A stretch of 64,000 nt of DNA from Methanobacteriota archaeon (GTDB lineage: Archaea; Halobacteriota; Bog-38; Methanoflorentales; Methanoflorentaceae), in NCBI GenBank assembly GCA_963719035.1, contig CAVRAO010000002.1:576001-640000 (forward strand). Reading direction: 5' to 3'. The notes beneath the pieces were generated by a model. It was not told the DNA's origin, searched no databases, and was given only the letters and a program-made list of their open reading frames with translations. The translations under genes were made by a program, and so were the position numbers. This document shows, one piece after another, positions 11,194 through 19,431 of this stretch. Every line of letters begins with the position of its first letter. Position 1 is the first letter of the stretch.

Positions 11194-11221
11194 AGGGAAA
11201 ATATCCCTTTTTAATCTTTTC
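11194..11221 (-). promoter_or_regulatory. BRE/TATA with downstream inverted repeat, RDD paralog 3
   Basis: Plus strand AGGGA-AAATA-TCCCT is a perfect inverted repeat, adjacent to TTTTAATCTTTTC. Confidence 0.6.
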
Positions 11222-11439
11222 TTACCATTCAATTGTGTCTCTTTATGCGGTTTGCGATTACGACTGCATTTGTTCTTCGATCACTCTGATTGTGTTTCAG
11301 ACTGGAATGACACTAACATCGTCATTTCTCTGCCCAAAATTTAAAGACACGAGGGCCGTAGTTGTGTTAACAGAAAGGTTAGGACCCACATCTTACGAAA
11401 GTACCGGTGAGTTCGTGAACACGAGAGAGGCTCCACCAA

Positions 11440-12033
11440 TCACTTGCTCACCACTACGGTGTGTGCTGCGCGGTCGCCTAGGCGCTGCATCTTCTCTGAT
11501 GTCCAGATAAAGATCGCCCCAATAAGATAATCGAACAAGCCGTCAATAATTCGAAGGACGGTACGCACCGCTGCTTCGCTGTAGTCGATCGGCATCCCAT
11601 CTTCTTCTCGCACGACCTTGATATTGAGCGCCATCTTGCCAATCGTTTGTCCATAGCGTCCCTCAAGCAGCGTAAAGTAGAGGAACCAGATAGCAAGTCC
11701 TATTAGGGATGCCAGAGCAATGGACCCCCACGCAATGGTTGATACGTTTTCAGAGACCGCCGTGGCGGCTACTGCTGCTGCAAGGAATGGCAACGCCACG
11801 AGTCCTACAATGATGCCGATTATGAAGTAATCAATCAGTATTGCTACAAAACGAATGGAAACGCCTTGGTAGGGTGTAGGAGCGCCTGTGTAATATGTAG
11901 GCGCCTGGTAGGCTAGGGGACCTTGTGCTGGCGTTTGCACACCTTTCGGAGCGATCAGAGCCCCACAACTCTCGCAATACTTAGCGCCGGGTGACGTCGT
12001 AGTGCCGCATTGAACGCATCGATTTTCGTCCAC
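11440..12033 (-). CDS. Zinc-ribbon + RDD family membrane protein, paralog 4
   Basis: Same motifs. Start placed at GTG 12033 (VDENRC) after GAGGTGA, by alignment with the paralogs. Confidence 0.88.
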   Translation of the reverse strand: MDENRCVQCGTTTSPGAKYCESCGALIAPKGVQTPAQGPLAYQAPTYYTGAPTPYQGVSIRFVAILIDYFIIGIIVGLVALPFLAAAVAATAVSENVSTIAWGSIALASLIGLAIWFLYFTLLEGRYGQTIGKMALNIKVVREEDGMPIDYSEAAVRTVLRIIDGLFDYLIGAIFIWTSEKMQRLGDRAAHTVVVSK

Positions 12034-12271
12034 GTGATTCACCTCTTTTGTTAAGACTATGCTTTTTACTATTTCAAGCCTTCTTTTCGCTTTAGGATCC
12101 GAAAAGTGCTTTAGCGCGCCCCTAAAGCCGTTGAGCGTCGAGTAACCCAGGGGGGCTTCTAGCACCCATCTCGAAGCTTGTGTTTTAGGACGTCAGCGAG
12201 GTTTCATTTTACACCCACATACATCCACGACCGAGAGTACAGCGACCGATCACAAAGAGCTTGACTTCATA

Positions 12272-12315
12272 AAAACTTGACCAAAACTTGACCAAAACTT
12301 GACCAAAACTTGACC
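12272..12315. repeat. Tandem repeat, 4 x 11 bp AAAACTTGACC
   Basis: Four exact copies read directly. Confidence 0.95.
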
Positions 12316-12532
12316 AGGTTTGCAAGCAGGTAAGCAATCGTATTAGTCGTATTCAGAATATGCCAGAGATTATCGTTTCATTTTTGCCCTCAAAATTCGC
12401 GGAACGCTGGTTATATCCCAACGGGCCAATCTTTTGCGCTTAAACAAAAATGCGGCACTTTCATTCTCGGGCTAGTCCCGAGACCACTGCGTCTTGCAGC
12501 GCAACGCACCGCGTACGGAGGGGTCTGAAGAG

Positions 12533-12748
12533 TCAGCCGAATTTTGGAGTAAACCGTTTGCCGTTGTCACCAGGATACGGCTCGGTGTGGCGAAAGCGAT
12601 TTTCCCATATCTCCATAGGTATCGAAGGAAAAGCCTGACAGACGCGAGGGCTAATGTAGTTCTTGCAGCTCAGACATAGCGGGACTTTTTTTTGTTTCAC
12701 GCTCATCTCATACGGTATTAGAAAGAGTGTTCGTCTTGTCCCGGTCAC
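12533..12748 (-). CDS. Small Cys/His protein (CxxC...CxAFPxIP...HxxPYPGDNG); start either GTG 12748 or ATG 12706
   Basis: ORF track. The GTG overlaps the nifH-like stop (GTGA), and the motif pattern is protein-like. Confidence 0.7.
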   Translation of the reverse strand: MTGTRRTLFLIPYEMSVKQKKVPLCLSCKNYISPRVCQAFPSIPMEIWENRFRHTEPYPGDNGKRFTPKFG

Positions 12749-13599
12749 ACGGCTTTGGTCTTTGGCACGTGCTTCCTATATAGCTCTTCGAGCTCAGGCA
12801 ACTCCTCCACAGGCGTTGGGATCACTTTCACATCGTTTTCCTGCACCTTTTGCGCGAGCTCTCGGAAAATCGCCGCCTCCTTTGACTGGGGAGCGTGTTC
12901 GACCACAGCTCGGCCTTCAAGTTCACACGCCTGAATGACCGAACTGCGCGGAACAAATTCCACGAATGCGCTGCCCAACCGCTGGGCAAACGCAGGAACC
13001 ACTGCCCGTTCCAAGGCGTCATCGCCGTTACTGTTACAGATAATACCTGACAACCCTGTGTCGCCGCGGCGCGCAAGGCGCTGCACCGCCCGCGCGATGT
13101 TGTTCGCCGCATAGATGCTCATAAAACCTCCGGAACAAACGAGGTAGATCTCGCTTGCAAATCCTTCACGGATGGGCATCGCAAACCCACCGCACACGAC
13201 GTCGCCGAGCACGTCGTAGATGGCCACATCAATTTTAAAGGTTTCAAACGCCTTGAGGTCTTTCAGAATCTGCAGCGCCGTGAGGACCCCGCGCCCTGCA
13301 CAGCCGATTCCTGGCTCCGGACCCCCCGCTTCAACGCAGTAAATGCCGCTTGGCGTCTTGAAGATAATGTCGTCGAGCGATATAGCGTGCGCGTCCTGCC
13401 CGTGACGGAGCTTGTCTCTGTAGATCTCCAGAACAGCGGGAATGAGGTGCCCGCCTGCGAGTATCCTCGTTGAGTCTCGCTTGGGGTCGCAGCCGACCTG
13501 CATGACATTGACCCCACACTCATTGAGGGCCGCTGAGATGTTCGAAGCGATAGTGCTCTTTCCGATTCCTCCCTTACCGTAGATTGCGATTTGTTTCAT
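12745..13599 (-). CDS. Nitrogenase Fe protein-like reductase (NifH/Group IV-type)
   Basis: YGKGGIGKST, GCDPKRDST, GGPEPGIGCAGRG, DVLGDVVCGGF. True start is ATG 13599 with a GAGGAG RBS. Confidence 0.95.
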   Translation of the reverse strand: MKQIAIYGKGGIGKSTIASNISAALNECGVNVMQVGCDPKRDSTRILAGGHLIPAVLEIYRDKLRHGQDAHAISLDDIIFKTPSGIYCVEAGGPEPGIGCAGRGVLTALQILKDLKAFETFKIDVAIYDVLGDVVCGGFAMPIREGFASEIYLVCSGGFMSIYAANNIARAVQRLARRGDTGLSGIICNSNGDDALERAVVPAFAQRLGSAFVEFVPRSSVIQACELEGRAVVEHAPQSKEAAIFRELAQKVQENDVKVIPTPVEELPELEELYRKHVPKTKAV

Positions 13600-13612
13600 T
13601 GTGATGTCTCCT

Positions 13613-14968
13613 CTACCAGCGTGCCGCGTACCGCCGTTGCGTTGACCGCCACCGGTCGCTCCACTCGTTCTGGATGCACTCGAGCAGATTGAGGATGCCG
13701 CGGTAGCCGAAATATTCCCGATTGAGCAAGCGGAACTGCCTGACAGGGCGCACGACCTCGAAGATGTACGGCACGTCCAGCCCCTCGCTCGCGTGCCGCT
13801 CGATCGTGCTTCCGAAAACGACCCGCGGCCGCACAGCCTCGAGGTTTCTCCTTGTCGCGTAGACGTCAGTCCCGCACGCGACGCGGGGCGTGAGGCCAAG
13901 GTCGCACAATTCGTGTTCGAGCAGGCCCACGGCGTTGGGGTGTGCGGAGCGAAGGGCAACGAGCGCTGGTGTCAGCTCCATCTCCTCGGTGGCAAAACGG
14001 ACTAACGGGATGCCGACCGTGGCGTCGGCCACGATGGCTGCGGGGGTCCGATAGAAAAAGCGCGCTATAGGCCATCGCCGGCGACACGTTTCCGTGACCA
14101 TTCGTTCGCCGTCCGCGATCAAGCCCTCTGCAGCAGACTCCGCGTTGAAACGCTCGCCAAGCGCGGTGAGCCAACGTCGCGTGTTGGTCATGCCGATGGG
14201 GAGGGGTAATTCTGAACAAAGCGGTTCGACCTCAAAGGTGTCGGCGAGATACGCGACGGCTCTGTAGCCAGCGTCGTGGCTCAACTGCAGCACACCCTCA
14301 GCGGCGGCGACGTTCGCCAAATCGCTGAGGGGGGTATCGTGGGTGAGTGTGGCCACCACCTGAATGCCCAATCGAGAAAGAACGTGTTTTACCCACTCAA
14401 GATCGGCCATCCACGTCGGATTCGCATTGGCGTGCGGTGCTACGAGGCACACTGAGTTTGGGATCGTTCGGCGCGTTTCGGCGAGCGTGCGGAGCATCGC
14501 GTCGAGAGCGAGGTCAATGCCGTCGTATTGCGATCCGCGAAACCCTGCGCACTCGATAGGAATAATCTTGAAGTCAACCTTGGGCTGCATATCCTGACAC
14601 ACCGCGACGATGTCGTCGCCCACGATTTCTGGTCCGCAAGCACTCAGCACAAAGAGCGCTGAGATGTCGAGCTCTTTCGCCTCAAGGATCGTGCGCGCGA
14701 GGAGCTCTTCGCCCCCGTGGACGATCTCATCCTCACACAACTTGGTGCACAGCGTCGTCGTCTGGGCGTAGTCGCAGTCCTGCCAGGAAAAAGCGCCGTC
14801 AACGAGGTAATTGCACCCCTGCGGGGCGTGCGCGAGAACGGCACTATCGCTAACCCCCAATGCCGTTTGGGCGGCGCCGCTGAGAGCGCACCGCACATAC
14901 GGGTCAAGGCATGCATCGGTGGGCGTCGTGCGTACCGCACACGCCTCGTCAGTTTGTTTCGTTGCCAT
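13613..14968 (-). CDS. Nitrogenase component I beta-like (NifK-like) subunit
   Basis: CALSGA, HAPQGC, EDEIVHGGEELL, SACGPEIVGDD, PIGMTNTRRWL, YFGYRG. Confidence 0.88.
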   Translation of the reverse strand: MATKQTDEACAVRTTPTDACLDPYVRCALSGAAQTALGVSDSAVLAHAPQGCNYLVDGAFSWQDCDYAQTTTLCTKLCEDEIVHGGEELLARTILEAKELDISALFVLSACGPEIVGDDIVAVCQDMQPKVDFKIIPIECAGFRGSQYDGIDLALDAMLRTLAETRRTIPNSVCLVAPHANANPTWMADLEWVKHVLSRLGIQVVATLTHDTPLSDLANVAAAEGVLQLSHDAGYRAVAYLADTFEVEPLCSELPLPIGMTNTRRWLTALGERFNAESAAEGLIADGERMVTETCRRRWPIARFFYRTPAAIVADATVGIPLVRFATEEMELTPALVALRSAHPNAVGLLEHELCDLGLTPRVACGTDVYATRRNLEAVRPRVVFGSTIERHASEGLDVPYIFEVVRPVRQFRLLNREYFGYRGILNLLECIQNEWSDRWRSTQRRYAARW

Positions 14969-16379
14969 AGAGCATCCCTCGGAAGAGTGTTGAGCGTGGG
15001 AGACGTTGGTTCTCCATGGCTTGTCTGAGCAGCGCGGCGATGTTATGAATGCCCCGAAAGCCGTAGTGGGGCAGGTACGCAGGGTTGAGGAGCGTGAGAT
15101 TCACCACCGGACACCCTGGATAACGGGCAGCGTTACCGAAGAAGATCGGATCGTTAAAACCCCGTACGATTGCTTCGAGCTCGCGCTCCGTCTCGCGCGA
15201 CGAACGGAAGCTCCCCAAACGGAAGAGACCTTTGGTAAGGATTACTTCGGGATTGACGCCGGTCTCTAACAAGAACTTGATGCTCGGCATCCGCTCCTTG
15301 ATCGTGTACGGGTGCACGTTAACGACGACCGGGTGGGCGCCGCACTCTTCGGCCATCCGTGCGAGGGAGAGGGCTCGAATGGGGCCGGGAAACTCTGATA
15401 TCTCGATAATAGCAGTTTTGCCCTCGAGCGTGTGTTGCATGTAATCAAGGTCCGGGCGTATCCGTTCGGTCTCGTCCCGTATCACTCGCTCAGCCTCCTT
15501 CTCCAAACCGAGCGGCCGTGCGATGCCCATAAGCCATTCCTCCGTCGCTGCAAGCCCGTATGGCTGCCCAGTCCTGCTGTACGGGATGCCGAAGCGCGCT
15601 TCCATGGCGTCGCCGAGCTTTTGTCCCCAGTCATAGCACCACGAGGCATTGAGTTCGACCTCGCGTGCCCGACGGATCTCTTCGACCGTGCACCCGCCGG
15701 CGATAACTGCGTTGATCTTGACGCCAACCGCGTGCAGCAGCTTTGTGATCTCGTCGAGGTCGTCGCTAAACTCGGTCAAAGAGGGGCCCATTCGCGCGCC
15801 GATGAGGTTGATCGTTGCCTTCCGCGTTGCTCTCGGAGGCTCCATCAGATCCATGATAAGCTCAAATGCGTCCTCGTAGCCGCTGCGGAAGTCGCCACCA
15901 AACCCCTCGCTGCGAAGCGCGAGCACCCGAGCGTGTACTAGCTTTTCGGCCTCGCGCGCAACTCTCTCGACGTCGTCGCCAATAATCCCCGAACAGCAGC
16001 AGGAGAGGATGACGATAAGGTCCGGATGGTAGCGCTCGTCGGCCTCCTTTACCGCTTCGAGGAGCTTCCCTTCGCCGCCATAGATGATATTCGTTTCATC
16101 TAGAGAGGTGCAAGCGGTCGGCTCGAGGGGAACGCCGCGGAATTCGCAGCATTCCCGCGTCCTCACGATATCGGAGACCCACAAAGGGCATCCCGTCGGA
16201 CCGTGCACGAGGGGGACTACGTGACGAATGCCACTTATGACATAAAACGAGGTAAAGAACTTGCACATGGGTGCGTGCGAGGCCTGCAGTTTCGGAACCA
16301 TCTCACCCCGTTCGACCTTCTTAACGAGCTGCTGCAGGGTCCCGTGAAAAACGATGTCGTCGCTATCGTTGTTGTTCAT
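14949..16379 (-). CDS. Nitrogenase component I alpha-like (NifD-like) subunit
   Basis: PMCKF, VHGPTGC, TSLDETNIIYGGEGKL, SCCCSGIIGDD, PYGLAATEEWL, PHYGFRG. Confidence 0.88.
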   Translation of the reverse strand: MNNNDSDDIVFHGTLQQLVKKVERGEMVPKLQASHAPMCKFFTSFYVISGIRHVVPLVHGPTGCPLWVSDIVRTRECCEFRGVPLEPTACTSLDETNIIYGGEGKLLEAVKEADERYHPDLIVILSCCCSGIIGDDVERVAREAEKLVHARVLALRSEGFGGDFRSGYEDAFELIMDLMEPPRATRKATINLIGARMGPSLTEFSDDLDEITKLLHAVGVKINAVIAGGCTVEEIRRAREVELNASWCYDWGQKLGDAMEARFGIPYSRTGQPYGLAATEEWLMGIARPLGLEKEAERVIRDETERIRPDLDYMQHTLEGKTAIIEISEFPGPIRALSLARMAEECGAHPVVVNVHPYTIKERMPSIKFLLETGVNPEVILTKGLFRLGSFRSSRETERELEAIVRGFNDPIFFGNAARYPGCPVVNLTLLNPAYLPHYGFRGIHNIAALLRQAMENQRLPRSTLFRGMLYGNETN

Positions 16380-16990
16380 GTGTTTGATGCCATCTTTTAT
16401 GTGCTCGTGCGCGTGTTTAGCTGGCCAAACGCGTCAGGAATTAAAATCGTGAAGTACTAATAATAACCTGTGTTCAAAAGTGATAAAGGTTAGCCGATCC
16501 CGTCCTTCTGAGCTCGGTTTTCGCGCCCGCAGCAGAGGCATCTAATCTACTAAAGACTGCTCGTAGCGGCGCGTCGCTTCCAATCGCCTGAGCAAAGCTT
16601 TAGAGATTTTGCTTTTTTGCTATCTACTAGGAGACTGTCCGGGTATCCTCGTTCCTATCTGGAATCCCTGGAGTCTCTAAACATACTGCGCGTTAATCGT
16701 GGCATGATGGCATTTCGGACCAAGGTGCGCACGATAAAGCCTTTAAGCAAGAGATGTCACCCCCTCAGTTTTTTCACTTAGTTAAGCCAACCAAGGGGGT
16801 GGTAAACACCTTAAATCACGCTGCACTCGAGACAACGCTGTTTTTTATACGCGGTCTTTTCTTAGCTTTTGCTTAATCAATACTTTCGAGAGGCAAACAT
16901 AGCCTTCCACGAATAAAGACATGGGACCGTTGAGTCCGAGAACAGAGGGCATATGGTGCGGCTCCTCAATTCGTCGTTGCCTTGAACTCA

Positions 16991-17167
16991 TTATGCCTTC
17001 AGTTCGCTTAGCTGAGTTACATAGTCGCCTAGGTCTTCTGTCTGCTCAGTCCGAAGACCTATTACGGCGGTTTTGAGACTCTCCGCACACCTCTTGCAGT
17101 TCGGATCGTTCGCATTTAGACAGCCAATATGAAGCGCGTAGAAACATACATTGTTTTCTAAGTCCAT
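16991..17167 (-). CDS. 58-aa Cys-rich microprotein (family member 1)
   Basis: Manual translation: MDLENNVCFYALHIGCLNANDPNCKRCAESLKTAVIGLRTEQTEDLGDYVTQLSELKA. Homologous to 23753-23908 and 47136-47294. Confidence 0.65.
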   Translation of the reverse strand: MDLENNVCFYALHIGCLNANDPNCKRCAESLKTAVIGLRTEQTEDLGDYVTQLSELKA

Positions 17168-17181
17168 CGTCCTGTGATAGC

Positions 17182-17325
17182 TTAATTTCTGCTTCGTTGG
17201 GCACTGGCAGCTGCAGCATCCATGATCTCTGCTACTGTGAGTCTAGTCTCGATCATTTCGTTGAGTGTCTGTTCTACAATAGCGGCGACTTGGCGTTCAT
17301 GCTTCGTCAGTGTTCTTGTTGCCAT
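17182..17325 (-). CDS. 47-aa hypothetical helical microprotein
   Basis: MATRTLTKHERQ... with a strong GGAGGTGAG RBS; lies upstream of the Cys-rich microprotein. Confidence 0.55.
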   Translation of the reverse strand: MATRTLTKHERQVAAIVEQTLNEMIETRLTVAEIMDAAAASAQRSRN

Positions 17326-17397
17326 CACACTCACCTCCGATTTAATCCACTCAGGAAAGTTTCTTAACTCCGCGTGAAGCAGGCATTTTGTGTAAAA

Positions 17398-17422
17398 GCG
17401 TGACAAATCTTCTGTGTCACAC
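17398..17422. promoter_or_regulatory. Palindromic operator-like site GTGACA-N9-TGTCAC
   Basis: GCGTGACAAATCTTCTGTGTCACAC; conserved at 23980-24004, with a near copy at 47066-47089. Confidence 0.6.
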
Positions 17423-17593
17423 GAGGCGCGTGAAAAGATGCCAGCAACGAGGTGCTATAAGGGCGCCTTCGGCCTTTCTGACAGCGCATCGTACCCTAAT
17501 TCCAATCCTTTTTTTGGAATGGGTAGAGATCTGACCACAGAAATCGGTCGAATAGAAAACTTGATACGCGTAAGAACGTCATCTATCGACAGT

Positions 17594-18394
17594 ATGAGTT
17601 ACAGGGGCAAGGCGCACGAAGCAATTATTGCGGAACTCGTTGACCAGATCAAAAAGGAGGGTTCTGTCCAAACCCTAGCAGTTGAATCCTACAAGAACCT
17701 CAAAGGGATTTCCGGAACGACTCACCAATTTGACGTCTACTGGGAGTTTCAAGCGAGGGGAAAAACACACAGATGCGCAATCGAGGCGAGATACTGGGAC
17801 AAACCAGTCAGTCTCCGAGAACTCGGCAGACTCCGAAAAGCTCTTAATGATGTGCAGGCTCCTCCAACAGGCATTTTTCTCGCGTCGAGCGGATTTGAGA
17901 AACACTCGCGTGGGTACGCACAGCATCAAAACATAGATGTGTGGGTTTATCCGTTCAGCATCAAAGCAGAAAACGAAGAGGTCACTTTTTTTGTCGCCAA
18001 ATTTGACCACGTGTCACCTGTTTTTGATGAAGTTTGGATAGATAAAGTCCTAAAACCAAAGCTCCAAGATGGAGCCCCCGTACCGGTAAACTTAGGGGGC
18101 ACCGACGAACAAACGCACCTATTTGATGAGCATTGCGCTGCTAAGACCGTGCGAGAGGTTCTTAACGAACACTACCTAGCAAAAATGACTGACGTGCCAG
18201 CTCACGAAATTTGCGTGCTGTTTGACAAGCCAACATATATCGAAACAGGCGATCCCGCTGCCCCTATGTTGAAATTAAACGGATTAGATGCAGTTTTTTC
18301 CATGACGTCACATGCAGAAGCGCTTCGACACGTATCGATGGATTATGCACGCCGTGCAGTCGAATTCATTGCTGTTCTTTTCAACGAGCGATAA
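17594..18394 (+). CDS. Mrr-like PD-(D/E)xK restriction endonuclease domain protein
   Basis: LKGISGTTHQFDVYWEF...AIEARYWDKPVS...GIFLASSGF typical of Mrr_cat-type proteins. Confidence 0.75.
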   Translation: MSYRGKAHEAIIAELVDQIKKEGSVQTLAVESYKNLKGISGTTHQFDVYWEFQARGKTHRCAIEARYWDKPVSLRELGRLRKALNDVQAPPTGIFLASSGFEKHSRGYAQHQNIDVWVYPFSIKAENEEVTFFVAKFDHVSPVFDEVWIDKVLKPKLQDGAPVPVNLGGTDEQTHLFDEHCAAKTVREVLNEHYLAKMTDVPAHEICVLFDKPTYIETGDPAAPMLKLNGLDAVFSMTSHAEALRHVSMDYARRAVEFIAVLFNER

Positions 18395-18715
18395 AAAAGG
18401 AGTCGTGATTGTGAGCGTCGCCAAATATAAAGACGAGATAAAAGTCGGGTCGACCTAAGTCATAGATCTGAACGATCCGCAGTTAAAGGTTCTCTGCTCG
18501 CGTGAGGTGCTGCTTCCTGATCTACATCACGTAGCATGACCGGAATTGCTCGTTGTTCTTCTTAACCCAAACCTGCTTAGTGGAATGTCAATGAAAAAAG
18601 GAACGAAAAATGTAGCTATGCGCCTAAGTAGGGTTATTACTTTAACTGTAGATGTCTATCCTAAGTACAGTATCTCTTTAGATAAAACGCCGCTATTGCG
18701 AAATGGGGTATATTA

Positions 18716-19239
18716 TTGAATTTGCTAGCCTCGATTGCTACTATGTTGGTACTCACAGAAGCTGGAGCTTATACTGTTTTTGAAAGTGAAACTGGATTTA
18801 AGCTTACGTGGCCAACGCGGTGCAAAACTGACCAGAGCGCGTCAACTGCTACAAAACTCTACATATACCTTGCCGATGACACGCCGGTCGACGCGATCAC
18901 CGTCAGCACTGACGAAAGTTTCAATGAGCGCGCGACGCTTGATACGGTCACTGAACGATATGCAGACGCCATAACAAGCTCTTACAAAGAACTCAAGGTG
19001 CTCTCTAAAGAACGTACAGACTTTGAGTGGGAATGCCGCATTTCGCACAATCTACAGAGGCACGCTCGCTGTCCAGTACCGACGACAATACCGTGCGAGA
19101 AGAGACGCTTAAAGTGAACCAGACGTGGACTCTCAGGAACGCACGGGTTTATACGCTTACATATAAAGCCCTCGCACAAGATTATAATCGGTACTGGCCA
19201 CAGGCGCGCTCGATAATGAAGTCATTCACGCTAGAGTGA
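18716..19239 (+). CDS. PsbP/DcrB-like secreted protein, +1 frameshift at ~19018
   Basis: GFKLTWP...VLSKERT then, in a new frame, TLSGNAAF...QTWTLRNARVYTLTYKA...SIMKSFTLE. Confidence 0.6.
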
Positions 19240-19431
19240 AACCTCTCTAGACGTTGATGCACCATCTACATTCGCTGTGCCATTAAAGATGCTAAACGTC
19301 TGAACGCGACAGAAGCGTTGAAGATGGACTCAATTTGTCGTCACAAAACCGCCCGACCAAAAGGTGTTTAGAGAGCGCGATTTTTTTCTATTGTGCGCGA
19401 AAGAACTTGCTAATCTAGCAGATGAAATAGG

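Noticed and set aside
12272-12315. CRISPR array
   Set aside because: The 11-bp units have no spacers and there are no cas genes.
12745-13959. 404-aa ORF suggesting a NifH with a long N-terminal extension
   Set aside because: The extension overlaps the K-like gene in another frame. The real start is ATG 13599 with an RBS.
12745-16379. Calling the cluster a bona fide nifHDK or cfbCD
   Set aside because: The apparent H195/H442 equivalents are missing and no nifENB is present. Cfb has no separate K subunit.
16758-16801. CACCCCCT...AGGGGGTG inverted repeat upstream of the D-like gene
   Set aside because: An 8-bp low-complexity stem with a long loop and no recognisable riboswitch or IS-end features.
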